DNA from: Octopus vulgaris
Taxonomy: Eukaryota
Length of the DNA: 64,000 nucleotides
Reading direction: 5' to 3'
NCBI GenBank assembly: GCA_951406725.2
Contig: OX597818.1
Span: 104,532,001 to 104,596,000 of the forward strand
In this document: one piece after another, positions 12,138 to 25,485 of the stretch
Layout: each line of letters begins with the position of its first letter
Position numbering within the stretch: the stretch's first letter is position 1
Program-made: the position numbers and the translations under genes
Notes under the pieces: model-generated
Told to the model about the DNA's origin: nothing
The model's database searches: none
Seen by the model: the letters and a program-made list of their open reading frames with translations, nothing else

Positions 12138-12906
12138 TCTATATATAAAACTGAAATTCGTTTGGACCGCTTGGATCGCTTTCAAGGCCACTACATCCCG
12201 TCGGATTGACTCCAAAATTTACAGGGACATGTAAAATGAGGTGACGATGCCCGTGGGCTACCTTAGAAATCCATATCTTAAAAGGTGTCGTTGCTAGGGC
12301 CAAAAACCCACTTTCACAAGTCCACTCCCATTCTTTAATGTATCTGTCTTCCTCACTCACTCACGCTATTTCCTCCCTTCCCAGCCCTTTTTCACTCACT
12401 CTATTTCCTACCTTCCCATCAGTTTCACTTCGTCAAACGGCGTTCTTTTATGTATCTATCTGCATTCATAGAGAGAATTATCATCGCCACCACAAACACA
12501 CAATCATGACAACAAATATTATGAATCTCGCCATCGCATTCTGTTGCCTGCCTGTCAACGCGCCGATGGAGCAAATACAAACAGAACACACCAACGAGCG
12601 TTCGTGTTCTGGTGATAACGTAGGTTTTTCGTATCTATTACATTTTAACATTTATTTAGAACCCTGCAAATTTTTCGTGCTAAATTTTCATTTTTTACTA
12701 CTTTATTATTTTTTTCTTAAATTGATGCTTTTATTAAAATTAATTCTAATTGTCTGGGTCAACAGTTCGTTTCCTCGGAGGATATGGAAATTCCTATTAC
12801 CCGTCAGAGAAATAACTCCAGCAGCTCACAACTATTTCAACAAAGACAAGGTTACCTGCTTACCAGTCGAATTCAGCGTCAACGCTCACGTATGAGAGAG
12901 ACTCCA

Positions 12907-12947
<41 letters not shown>

Positions 12948-14134
12948 ATGTGTGCATTATGTGGTCGGTTGAGCTGAAAATATGCAGACCTATGTTAAAA
13001 GTGCTGGCAAGTTTGCATGACAACTATTTTTTTCCTCAAATGAAAGGCGTGACCTCTAGGACAAAATTCCTCATCTTATAAAATGTGGCCCCAGTAGACT
13101 CGAATGAAATCGAGTTATATTAACCAAAATGTGAAAAGGGATCTAAATGGGGCTGGAAGGGGATTAAAATTTAAAGGAGCGGGTGTTTAGGAATTCTCTG
13201 TTACATCAAGCTAAAAAATTTGCGCCAGCCTTTTAATCGTCAATGTGTTGCCGTCCACGATGAAGAAGTCTTGAATGCTTGCCATGGTGAGTCTACTGTC
13301 GTGAGAAAGAATCACTTCAAAACTTGGTGTTTAGGGATTTTCTTTTACATCCAGTTCAAAATTTTACGCCAGCCGTTAAACAGTCAAAACGTTGCTGTCC
13401 GTCGTTAAGAAATGCCAGCCATGGTGACTCTACTATCCTCAGATTCTATCCCTTCAAACTTTGGTTTCCAATATTTTATTATTTTTATTCAGCTCGCAAG
13501 TTCGTCTGTCCCTTTTAAATGTTAGTGTTTTGCTGTCTACCATGAAGCAGACCTTTCCGTTGTTACTGCCTGATATTTATGATTGATCTTTCTAAATATT
13601 TCATTTCTCAACTTACTCAAGATCTTTTGTTGTTTATAAATGGGAGAGAGAGAGATAAAGATAGAGAGTAAGAGAAAACGAGGGAGAGTCCGAGAGAAAG
13701 GAAGAGTAAGAGAGTGGGGAAAGTGAGAGAGAAACAAAGAGGGAGAATCATCATCATCATCATCATCATCATCGTTTAACGTCCGTTTTCCGTGCTAGCA
13801 CGGGTTGGACAGTTTGACCGGGATCTGGGAAGCCAGGAGGCTGCACCAGGCTCCAGTCTGATCTGGCAGTGTTTCTACAGGTGGATGCCCTTCCTAACGC
13901 CAACCACTCTGTGAGCGTAGTGGGTGCTTTTTTCGTGCCGCCGGCACAGGTACCAGGGGGGCTGGCAGCGTCCACGATCGGTTGGTGCTTTTTACATGCC
14001 ACCGGCACAGAAGCCAGTCAAGGCGGCGCTGCAATCGGCCACGTTCGGATGGTGCTTTTTACGTGCTGAAAGGAAGCAACAGAAAGTAACAACCACACTC
14101 TTACCCGCGCGTAGAGCGGGTCACCTTCAGCTAG
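12138..14134 (+). mobile_element. Non-autonomous Helitron (~2 kb) with nested retroposon insertion
   Basis: 5' TCTATATATAAAA; 3' hairpin ACCCGC-GCGTAGA-GCGGGT then CACCTTCAG-CTAG|T. Pairing of these two ends as one element is inferred. Confidence 0.65.
13748..14066 (-). mobile_element. RTE-like retroposon 3' end (SINE or LINE tail) ending in TTAAAC(GAT)n
   Basis: Internal repeats of GCACGT/GCATGT-AAAAAGCACC, GTTAGGAAGGGCATCC motif, trinucleotide tail. Confidence 0.7.
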
Positions 14135-14138
14135 TATG

Positions 14139-14177
<39 letters not shown>

Positions 14178-15210
14178 ATTTCATCCGTATTTACGTGTTC
14201 AGTTCAAATGCCACCGGGCATGACTTTGTCTTTCATCCTTTCGGGGTCGATAAATTAAGTACTAGTGAAACAGAGGGGTCGATGTAATCGACTTCTCCTC
14301 TACCCTGAATTTACTAACCTTGCGTCAAAATTTGAAATTATTATTTCTAACGTACGTTATGTGCGTGTTTGAATGTATGTGTGTGTATGTGTTGTGTGTG
14401 TGTGCGTGTTTGAGAGTCTCTAAGACCCTGTGTATGTATGTACATGTTTGTTTGTTTGTAAATATGTGTGTGTGTGTTTGTATATATGTGTGCGAGTGTG
14501 AGTGTAGGTGGTAACGTGCTCATATTTACGTATGCAGGTATGTAGTATTTATAGGTTCGTTGCTTTGATGCTTGTCAATAATAATGAAAAGAAGACTGTT
14601 AATGTTAACGAAGACGTGTAGACGGTTGGAAAAAGATAGAGAATTAAAAGAAAAAAGGATTTTCTATTACAATCTCACTCATTATATGACTTGTTTCATG
14701 TCGTGATCTTTTATCGTCACGGTTGTTGCTGTTGCTGTTGTTGTTGTTGTTGTTGCTGCTGCTGTTATTGTCTATTGATTGTTTTTATATTGACATGCAT
14801 GTAACCGTGATTATTGATATTGTAAATACATTGTTTTTTGGCATATGTACATACGTATATGTGTATCTGTGTGTGCATTTGTGTGTATGTTTACGTTGAA
14901 TACACATACATATATATATATATATATGTATATAAGTATATATATGTATGTAAATATATATGAATATATATATACATGTAAATATACATATATACATATA
15001 TATATATATATACATATATATATACATATATATATGTATATATGTATGTATAGATGTATATTTATGTATATATATGTACGTAAGTATATATGTACATATA
15101 TGAATATGTATATATGTATGTGTAGATGTATATTTATGTATATATATGTACGTAAGTATATATGTATATTTATGAATATGTATATATGTATGTGTATATA
15201 TTCATGTATG

Positions 15211-15263
<53 letters not shown>

Positions 15264-15469
15264 GTATATATATATGTATATATATACATATATACACATA
15301 TATATACATATATATATATATGTATGCATAAATATATATACATATATATTTACAAACACGCTTAAACTCAACTACAATAAAAAATACTCTTAAGTCGATT
15401 ACAGCACGTGTATGTGTGTTAGCTTGACTCTGTTTTGTTTTGATAATATTTAATGAGTGACATGATATC

Positions 15470-15501
<32 letters not shown>

Positions 15502-16138
15502 AAAACACATACACTCATACATGTGTGTGTGTGTGTGTGTATGTAGTTACTCATGTTGTTGCTATAGTCATTGATTATGTAGCAGGCACTTTTGTGTCTT
15601 TCCCTTATTGCTTTTTGCAGACCTTTTTTTCATCCTCGCTTCGTTAACAATAAAGTTCAGAACAGTGTTAGCAATTTTCCCCGCTTATTTTTCATCTTAA
15701 CTCAAATGCATTTCTGTTTACAGTTGTTGAAAATCATTTCATAATCATTGTTTCTCGTATTAGTTGGTTTTGATGCTGGCATATTTAATGCTATGCTTCC
15801 TTCGAATGTTATTGTTGATATCGCTGTTGCTTCTTTTGCTCTTCTGCCTTAATAGCTTTACATTGATTCATGCTTTCAACTTTGATCCACCGTTGAATAA
15901 GAATTCCTTATTTTCCTTCTTAATGAGGCACACCTTATCAATTTGTTCTGTCTGTTTACGCTCTCGTATTTACGGTCTCGTATTGCAAGGTTTTGAAGCA
16001 AACAGAAATTTTGTTTCATTTTTTTCTCCATTTTTTATTTTGTTATATAGAAAAAAAAATCCTAGTAATTTATCATTTTATGACTGTGATAATTCTCAAG
16101 TCGCAGCACAGTATGGTAGAATATGTAAGAAGTTCAAT

Positions 16139-16352
16139 GCGGTGAGCTGGTGGAACCGTTAGCACGCCGAGCGAAATATTGCCCTTACATTCTCTATGTC
16201 CTTGCATTCCGTGTTCAAATTCCGCCGGGGACGACTTTGCAGTTCATATTTTCGGAGTCTATAAAATAAGTAACAACTGAACACTGGGGTCGATGTAATT
16301 GACTTATCTACTTTCTAGAAATTGCTGGACATGTACCTAAATTTGAAACCAA
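16139..16352 (+). mobile_element. SINE family B (GGCGGCGAGCTGGCAGAA..GAGTTCAAATTCCGCCGAGGTCGACTTTGCCTTTCATCCTTTCGGGGTCGATAAA)
   Basis: Diverged copy of a family also at 14190, 25515, 28377, 30040, 34379, 37244, 40797, 53279, 62459, 63928. Confidence 0.75.
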
Positions 16353-17217
16353 TATTGAAGATGCTCATTTGCATCAGGGAAACCCAGGTAAGACTCATGA
16401 AGCTGTATTTTGGGCAAATGTTTCCACTAAAGACGTTAATCGATCCACATAGTTGCTTTGAACGAAATCCGATCGACTGAGAACGTGTAGTAATCCAAAA
16501 GCTAGAAAGCAAAGGAATTCGATAGCGTTTTATATTCACTGTATATTCTAAACTGACTGGCACGTATTAATGTCCTCTATTAGTCCAATTTGATAACGTC
16601 GACGACAATGGCGGCGACGATGATGGTGGCGACGACGATGGCGGCGACGACGTTGATAATGAAGATAAAACACACATTTCATTGTGTCGTTTAAGTTAAA
16701 GACACTATGCATTATCTTCACTTTTGGCTTTAAAGTAAGATCATGGTTTCATAATATTTCCCGAGCATCTACATACAATGGCAGCTTCGTTGACGGCTTT
16801 TTAATGTCATATATATCACAAAATATTTCTAACTTTCTCATCAACTTGTCGCTCGCTAATACCGATATAAGTTTTCTTAGAAACTTTCCTTTGTTTTGAG
16901 TGGAATTTTATCAGTCTTACGTTTTGCATTGCTGAAGGCAAAACAAAGGTTTCTTTTTTAACTTTAACAATCTCTCCAATTTCTCTGATTCTTAATGCTC
17001 TGCCATGTTACGCTGATCTTTGTTGAAAGTTACGTTCTTGTCATTGTTTCGTTTTTTTTTCCTTTTTTTTTGTTTTTGCTTGCTTTCGTTTTCATTTTAC
17101 TGAAACGAGTCTCTTTGTAGTAGAATTACACATATCACACATACACACACACACACACACACATATATATATGTAGTGAGTGTGTATGTATGTGAGTGGA
17201 TCTTCATAAGTATACGC

Positions 17218-17287
<70 letters not shown>

Positions 17288-17366
17288 GTATATGTGCATG
17301 TATGTGTATGTATATGTATGTATATGTATATATATGTATATATATATATATATGTATATATATGTA

Positions 17367-17405
<39 letters not shown>

Positions 17406-17782
17406 ATATGTATGTATGTGTATGTATATGTATGTATATATATATATATATATATAAGTATATATATGTATATATGTATATATATGTAAATATGTATATG
17501 TATATATATATAAATATGTATATATATATATGTGTATATATATAAATGTATATATATGTGTATATATATAAATGTATATATATATATGTATATATATGTA
17601 TATATATATGTATGTATATGTATATATATATATGTGTGTATAATATGTATATATATATATGTATATATATGTGTGTATATATATGTATGTATATATATGT
17701 GTGTGTATATATGTATATATATATGTATATATGTATGTATATATATATATGTATATATGAATGTATATATATATGTGTATGA

Positions 17783-17828
<46 letters not shown>

Positions 17829-17844
17829 GAGTATATATACATGA

Positions 17845-17910
<66 letters not shown>

Positions 17911-18034
17911 GGGAATAAATTGTGATCTAAATTACGCAGAAATGAAAATAACACTGACATCTCATTTTAGCAAATATATTTTTTAAAATTACATAAAAAT
18001 ATTTTGAAATACTAAAGAGTGAATTTATTCCATA

Positions 18035-18180
18035 AAATCGCCATTCCCTTCAATCACAGCCTCTAGACGACTTCGGTACTTCCTGCAACTCTTCTTGACG
18101 ATCTCCTTTTTGGTTAATGCTACCATAAGCCTTGCCTTCACTTCATCCTGGTGTTACAAGGAATTTTGTTGGTCTCCCGC
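18035..18180 (-). mobile_element. Tc1/mariner-superfamily transposase C-terminal remnant
   Basis: RETNKIPCNTR(fs)DEVKARLMVALTKKEIVKKSCRKYRSRLEAVIEGN resembles the C-terminal ..C..FR.RLEAVI...G motif. Confidence 0.5.
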
Positions 18181-18194
18181 AGGAAATTTTACAC

Positions 18195-19250
18195 ATTAGT
18201 TCATTTTAAGCCACAAACAACCGAAATCACTAAAAAAGATCCTCACAAAGGCAAAATTATTTTCTAAAATAGCTGACGCAAAAGTGAAGAAATGTGGTCG
18301 ACCAAATTGTACAACATTCCTAAACCTTCTAAAAGGATCAAAATTCCTTTTCAGAGAGGGACAAAAATTCAAAATCGAATCTGACTTTATATGTGCTTCA
18401 GAAAACCTGATTTATGTTATAATATGCTCGGGCTGCAACCAAAACTACATAGGGTCTACGGGATTGTCGCTCAGACGCAAATGCACTCTGCACCGACAGC
18501 AGATTGCATTCCCAGAATAGAGAATGATACCATTTAGTGAATATTTTGAGAAATGCGCAAAGTAATTGCTACCGCAATTTGTAATCTTTCAATTCTATCC
18601 ATTGGAACACCAGCTCAAGTTAGATTAAATAATGAAGCCTACTTCACTGAAAAATATAAGCCAAAACGTAATCACATCTAACTTTTTTAAACTTGTCTCA
18701 TTGAAAAAAATATAAAGCAAAACCTAACAACTTGTACCAATTCTATTCTTTCTAAACAAAATCATGTTAATTTGATAAAACTTAGTCATTCCCAACATTT
18801 CTGATTATCTCCCTTATACCGAAAAAATCCTTGAATACCTTCCCCTGTCTGGAACTCCATATTTCACAACATAGCGAAGAGATGACAAAATATAGGTAAA
18901 GAAATCTGAGAAATTTAAAAAGGAAATACGAAACCGGTTATTTCTCCAAAAACAATGTTACTGTACGCAAAATTTTATTACATTTTTCTAACATAATGAT
19001 TTAAATATATTTTTTACCATGTATGTATCTATGTATGTATGTATGTATACGCTATACTGGATTGCTGAAATCAACAAGTCTTTTTCACTCCCGCGCTCTC
19101 AGTTTATTTTCTCTTATTCTTTTCTGTGGAAGTACGTAAGCGCGAAACGTAAAAGACTTCTCCATTTTTCACGAGCGTCAAAGTAATACGCTTGTTTATT
19201 GTCCATACACCTGCCTTCGTCTACTGTTTTTCTATAAATTTCAACCATAC
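18195..19250 (+). mobile_element. Penelope-like element 3' fragment: Cys-rich linker + GIY-YIG endonuclease remnant and terminal region
   Basis: KKCGRPNC..FICASENLIYVIICSGCNQNYIGSTGLSLRRKCTLHRQQI, with stops downstream; followed by two hammerhead-like motifs (18908-18946, ~19120-19157) and a microsatellite. Confidence 0.85.
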
Positions 19251-19295
19251 ATATGTGTGTGTCTGTGTGCGTGCGTATGCGTGTGTGTATGCATG

Positions 19296-19349
<54 letters not shown>

Positions 19350-19499
19350 TGTATGTATGTATGTATGTATGTATGTATTATGTATATAAGTATGTATGTG
19401 TGAATGTATGTAGGCAACTGGCTGCAGGTAAATAAAGACACAAATTATAATAGAACCAGCAGAAACCGAGTTTATTAAGCGAGGTACATTTTAAAAAGT

Positions 19500-19602
19500 T
19501 TCGTGATGAGACACATCTGCACCGATGTGTGCACGACAACCAGTTGCACATCGTGTCATCCGTGAGAACCGATGCAAGATGCGTCGAAACGATCGTTGCG
19601 AT
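19500..19602 (+). ncRNA. Degenerate type I hammerhead with long branched stem II
   Basis: TCG-TGATGA-GACACATCT...AGATGCGTC-GAAA-C-GATC-G-TT-GCGA; C3 apparently deleted; palindromic stem III loop. Confidence 0.55.
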
Positions 19603-19685
19603 TAATAAAAAATGTATATATTTTTGCACACTCTTGCTCTTTCTCAGGCACACACACAAGCATATATGCATATCTACATACAATG

Positions 19686-19738
<53 letters not shown>

Positions 19739-20599
19739 GGGGGAGAGAGAGAGAGAGCGATACATGTATGTGTGAGTATACATATGCATATATATATATG
19801 TATGCATATATATATTTATATATACATATAAATGTATATGCAAAACATATGCACACGCATATATAGATATATGTATATTTTCAGATTGTATGTAGAAATG
19901 CATATATGCCTGCGTATGTGCCTGAGAAAGAGCGAAAGAGTGCACGTGTGTGTCTGAGACACAGAGAGAGAGAGAAATTCGTAACTTGGTTTATCTCGCA
20001 AGAATACGACTTCTGTTTTTGCCTGTTTGCATAACTCATTTACTGAACTAAATTTCTTTATTTCTTCTATTTTTCTTTTTAATTTTGGTACTTTTTTCTT
20101 CCTCCAAATCTGCTTTCTTGCAATTTTTTTTTTTCATCAGTTGTTTTAAAATTGTGCGTTTAATTTCCTCTATCTCTATTTTCTTCTTAATTCTTAGCTT
20201 CTTACATACGCATTTTTGTTTTAGTTTTACATACCAAAGTTGATTCAGTATTTCTTTTAATTATTATCGATTTTATCTTTTGTATCCTTTTTAAATTCTG
20301 TGTCTTAGGTTCTACCTTGACTCTGTCTTTCTTTCTTTCTTTACCGTATTTTCCTACGTCATGCTACTGAATATTCATATGTTATATTGACATTACATAT
20401 AGTTCACATCGGTTTAGGTATGTTTATGTAGAGAAGGAAAATATGTTTTAAATTATATCTACTTTATCTGCTGTCTTGAGTTTGGATTTTTTTTGAATTG
20501 TCATTTCTTCTTTTTTTTTGTATTTTCGAAACATCTCCTGTTGTATTCTAGTTTTCCTATCTATTTTTAAATAGTTGTTGTTGATATTGTGGTTGTTGT

Positions 20600-20959
20600 T
20601 GAGCGAAGCCGTCTTCGTCCTCTTGGGAGAAGTCCAAAATGTGGTCCTTTTGCTATTCGTAAGACCTGCAGAAGAGAAAGCAGGTCAACCCCCGACACCG
20701 AGAGCATCGACGGATGGATGAATGCGCATCCAGGCTCAGCGGTTGCGTAGGAAATCGGGGACAAGAAACAGGAAGAAAGAGTGAGAGAAAGTTGTAGCGA
20801 AAGAGTACAACAGGGGTCGCCACCACCACCTGCCGGAGCCTCGTGGAGCTTTAGGTGTTTTCGCTCAATAAACACACACAACGTCCGGTCTGGGAATCGA
20901 AACCGCGATCCTCCGACCGCGAGTCCGCTGCCCTAACCACTGGGCCATTGCGCCTCCAC
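20600..20959 (-). mobile_element. SINE family C, low divergence, distinct 3' tail
   Basis: Complete tRNA-like head at 20959-20890 plus shared body. Confidence 0.85.
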
Positions 20960-21862
20960 TTGTTGATGTTGTGGGGGGAGTGGTGGTATTCGTGGTGATG
21001 GTGGCGACGGCGCTAATGATAGCGACGGCAGTAAAGGCAGCGGTAGCGTCCGCAATGGTCGCAGCGGCGGCAACGGCGGCAGCGGAGCGAGCGACCTCAA
21101 CCAGCAGCAGCGGCGACAGTGAATCCACAGCTAGCAACGCCGGCGGCAGTGCTGGCATCTGAAGACGAGTTTATGATTGTTTCATATAGAATGACTTAAA
21201 GCCTAACGGAGACTTTTACAATGCATGTTTAATGTTATATGTAGTTATATACACCAGTGCAAGTTTTTCTATTCTAAGTTGCCCATATTTGATACCTGCT
21301 CCTGTTTTATTTATTTTTATTTATCCTTTACTATGTATTCTATGCATGCAGTGAATGTTGTAGATCTGTCCTATTTGGTAGCCATCCGTCGGTCCCGAGA
21401 GACAATGGTTTTGTGCCTCAAGGAATTATGTCAGCAGCCGATGGTGGTGCTGTGTATGCCGTGTAGTTAGAGGCCCACACGGGAATGACAGTCATGTATA
21501 CAGCGATTGCACTTGAAGGGGCTCTTTACTGGTGCTACTGTTTTTTCGTTTTGTCGAGTACGCCTTTCTTTGGAGGCAAGTTCCTGTTTCTCTTCACCTC
21601 ATTTCAGCCCCTTTCGCAGTATTTGTCTCTAGCGTGGGCGATAATTTGCGACCTCCTCTCATCTCGGGACCTCCAAATCTATTGACTTCAAGTAATTTTG
21701 CATTCTATGTATGGGTTCTGTTTAGATTTTTCAGTGTGATGTATGATAGTTTTCTTTTTCCTATTTGTGCTGATGCAGATGCAAAAAAGCTGACAGTGTA
21801 CCTGGTAGACGCTACTCAATGTTTTGGTTTCAAATCAGCAGTAGCAGCGGCAGCAGCAGCAG

Positions 21863-22052
21863 CAAGAATTTGGACCTGGAGATCTCCATTTCCAGCGACT
21901 TCGAGGGCTTCCTCCCAGTGGTGTCGGACGTCAACGAAGAGTCCTCGACTAAAAGAAGACGACCAAAGTTTTTGTTTTTTTCCAAGGTCTGGGGTCTCCC
22001 GCCCCATGCCCTAGACCATCACCTAATCACCCTTACCCGTCTTGTTGCTTAA
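21863..22052 (+). repeat. ~190-bp interspersed repeat embedded in (CAG/CAA)n; second copy at 26228-26411
   Basis: AAGAATTTGGACCTGGA..CCCAGTGGTGTCGG..GACGACCAAAGTTTTT..CCCTAGACCATCACCTAATC..GTCTTGTTGCTTAACAAC present in both copies. Confidence 0.85.
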
Positions 22053-22070
22053 CAACAGCAGCAACAACAA

Positions 22071-22156
<86 letters not shown>

Positions 22157-22321
22157 ACCGATTCCTCTTGCTGTTTCTTCCCTTAGAGCTGGGGCCCAAT
22201 CAATGGTCGTAGGACGCCAAAGGGTGTGTTCCTACTAATTAATGAAGAGCACCTTTCTGAGTACATGGGTTGTTGGGGCTATTGTTGTTGTTTTTGTTGT
22301 TGTTGTTAATATTATTATTAT

Positions 22322-22542
22322 TTGATGAAGACTGTCGGCTTATTTTGCTGGGTATAATCGAACGTGTCAGCTGTTCACGGACAGCAGACTAAGGTGACAC
22401 GAGTTTACTGATCATGCTTCAAGAACCCTGCGTAGAACTATTGCAGTTCCAAGCAGTACTGACATTTTTGTAGTTGTTCTGTTTTTAGATTTGAACCAAT
22501 CTTTTTGAGCCATGTTGAAACTTGAGTGCTGATACTTCCATT
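22322..22542 (-). mobile_element. R4/Dong-like retrotransposon 3' end fragment
   Basis: ..WLKKIGSNLKTEQLQK(fs)SVLLGTAIVLRRVLEA* then a short UTR and (TAA)n. Confidence 0.7.
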
Positions 22543-22619
22543 TAGTATTATTATTCTTATTCTTTTTATTATTATTATTATTATTATTACTGTTGTTGTT
22601 GTTGTTGTTATTGTTGTTG

Positions 22620-23520
22620 CATTTGCACAGCTTCTAACGCTGGAGATGTACTACAGTGTTAGCTGCTCAATACCAGTGAACTAAGTTAACACCTCTTATT
22701 TTCCGAGTACCTTCCGGAGTATTCGAACGGTTCCAAGCAGTACTGTTTTTTGCAAGTGCTCCACCCTTATTGCAGCCCCTATTTGTTCCATGTACTTCTC
22801 GAGATTTTCACTCACTGCTCCCAGGGCTCCGACAATTATTATTACTACTACTTATCCATTTCCATAATCCCCAAGCAATTATAGCCCGTCGCTTCATAAC
22901 CTCCCCTGATGGTATCGTCAGCCCGTCCATACATTTGATTTTGCCTCTCTTCAAAAGTGACACACCACAATTTATCAGTCCTAACTCCATTCTGATATCA
23001 ACACCGAAGGTATACACAGTATCAACGAGGGAACTGACTTGGGTTTCATCTTTACCATAAAGTTTGAGATCATCTATGAATAACGAATGGTTGATTTATG
23101 CTGGCGGCTTTTGAATGCATACCCAGGTCTTACTTTCCTCAGTATCAGTGTTGGTGGTATCAAGCACAGTACAAAGATCAGTGGGGACAGGTTGTCCCCT
23201 TGGAAGATGTCCCTCCTGATTTTTACTGTCCCTAAACTTCTTCCGTATGCTGTTAGGTCCGTCCTCCAATTCGCCATAATTTTTCCAAGCAATCGCTCAA
23301 CATTCGATGCAATACCAAATAGGTTCATACGTTCCATAATCTAAGAATGTGGGATCATATCGTACGCCTTACGATAGTCGATCCATGACACGGCTAAGTT
23401 ACTTTTCCTCCTCTTGCAGTCTCTAATAATGGTTTTGTCTATCAGGAGTTGATCCTTGGTACCTCTGCACTCACGCTTGCAACCCTTCTGCTCATGTGGC
23501 AGGACTCCATTTTTTTCTAG
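22620..23520 (-). mobile_element. R4/Dong-clade (RLE-type) non-LTR retrotransposon, internally deleted, between (TAA)n tracts
   Basis: [70 protein letters not shown], fused to C-terminal IIVGALG..EHLQKTVLLGTVRILRKVL*. Confidence 0.9.
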
Positions 23521-23599
23521 ATTATTATCATTATCATCATCGTCGTCATCATCGTTATTATTATTGTTATTATTATTATCATCATCATTATTATTATTA

Positions 23600-23688
<89 letters not shown>

Positions 23689-23719
23689 GTTATTGTTGTT
23701 GTTGTTATGTATATCTTCT

Positions 23720-23927
23720 GTATCAGGACAATTACGCCTCTAGGACAATTCATCCCCCATAAGACAATTCTCCCCCCCCCCCTACGGCAACTACCCCCTA
23801 GGAAATTTTCTTCCTTGGTTATTTAGCCCCTCAGCAATATATTAAGAATATTTAAATCATTTGTTGTCAGGGTAATTGTTCTTGGTGCTTATTGTCCATA
23901 AGGGGGGGAGGTAAATGTCCTAGACTC
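23720..23927. mobile_element. MITE with 9-bp TSD (Mutator-like)
   Basis: ATATCTTCT at 23711-23719 and 23928-23936; imperfect TIRs GTATC-AGGACAATTAC / GTAAATGTCCT-AGACTC; repeated subterminal GGACAATT motifs. Confidence 0.75.
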
Positions 23928-25089
23928 ATATCTTCTCGTGCCTATACTGTAGAAAGTCACAAAACTGTGGTATTCGTCTCGAGACAGTATCTTGTAGAGA
24001 TGCACATTACTAAAAAACAAAGATGAGTTTTAGCAACAGACGCAAAATGTTAAGTGGGGGCAGTGACATTGCTAAATCTAAATTTCTGCTTCTTTGTGCA
24101 TCATCCATCTAAGCAGCCTCATGCATAGTGATTAACAAATCACTGCTGTCGCAACTAGCCGGCTGGGCGGATAAAGATTAATTGTTAACAACAAAAGCAG
24201 TTTTGGTTCAAACTAGTACTTTTTAAATCTTACTTAACGCGGTTGGACTTATTGTTGTTGATGGTGTGTTGTTACTGTTATATCAGCTCAACACATAATT
24301 GGTATTTTATGGACGCCGGAAACATGAATTTACTTAGTCAACTTTACATTTGTTATTTCAGGATCTCTATGAAATATATCAATCGAATCCCGAGGTCAAT
24401 GTCATCGACTAATATCACGTTAGCCCACAATTTTTGATTATTATTATCCACTCTTGTTATTTGCTGTTAACCCAAACAGAGGTCAGGCTAAGATTTTTTT
24501 TTGATATGAAATAGAATTTCGTTGAATTTAATCACATACAAATAGCTTCAGCAAGTTTGACGTCTGCCCACTCAGGATTAGAGGAAGAAAAAAATAAGAT
24601 ATATTTGAAGCATAGATTTTATATTTTGTCGCTGACTACACATAGAAAAAATGGCTTAGAAAATCCCGAGAACATGCCTTCAAAAAAAAATTCACAATGA
24701 ACAAAATAATACGCTTCAGAAACAGGAAAACAAATTAAAAAAAAGTAAAGAACTGCTTAAAAGAACATTAATGCTGAACAGGAACAAGAAGAAAACACTT
24801 ATTTAATAGCCAAAATATGCCAGTTTGAACACCTTGAGGGGTAACGTTGTCAACAACATATACACTGATATATATATTTGCTCCTACTCTTTGACAAACA
24901 CAAACATTTCCGCTGTTTTGCATAGCAACAATATATTTGCCAGCCTGCTAAACAACACAGAATATTTGAACATGTCTGATTTCACGGAGAAAAAGAAGCA
25001 ATATGGCTGGGAGATGTTTCTTAAAATAGTCTCTCTGTCTGGCGACTATACACATGGGCGACAAAAGAAAATCATCGCTTAGTAGTCTT

Positions 25090-25485
25090 ACCTTTTACTT
25101 GTTCCAGTCATTGGACTGCAGTCATGCTGGGACACCACCTTTAAGGGATTAGCACATTTCTTTTAAGTCTAGTACCTATTTTAACCCTTTTCTTTTGCCG
25201 AACCGCTAAGTTATAGCTACGTAAACAAACCAACACCAGTCATCAAGCAGTGATGGGGGAACAAACACAAACACAAAGAAATATACACAAAAAAACATGC
25301 AGACATTTAGGTACATACTCGGAGGTCTTCCGCATAGTTTCCGTCTACCATATTCATTCGTAAGATATTAGTCGACCCACAACTATAGTAGAAAACACTT
25401 GTTCCAGCTGCTGTGCAAAGTGATTGAACCTAAAAGACCGTCGCTGCAGAAGGGGCTCCTTAACCATACAACTATGCTTGTGCCA
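25090..25485 (-). mobile_element. SINE family A, diverged
   Basis: Reverse complement of family A motifs. Confidence 0.75.

Noticed and set aside
20890-20959. tRNA-like sequences here and at other SINE heads
   Set aside because: A/B boxes are present but there is no complete cloverleaf, and they continue into SINE bodies.
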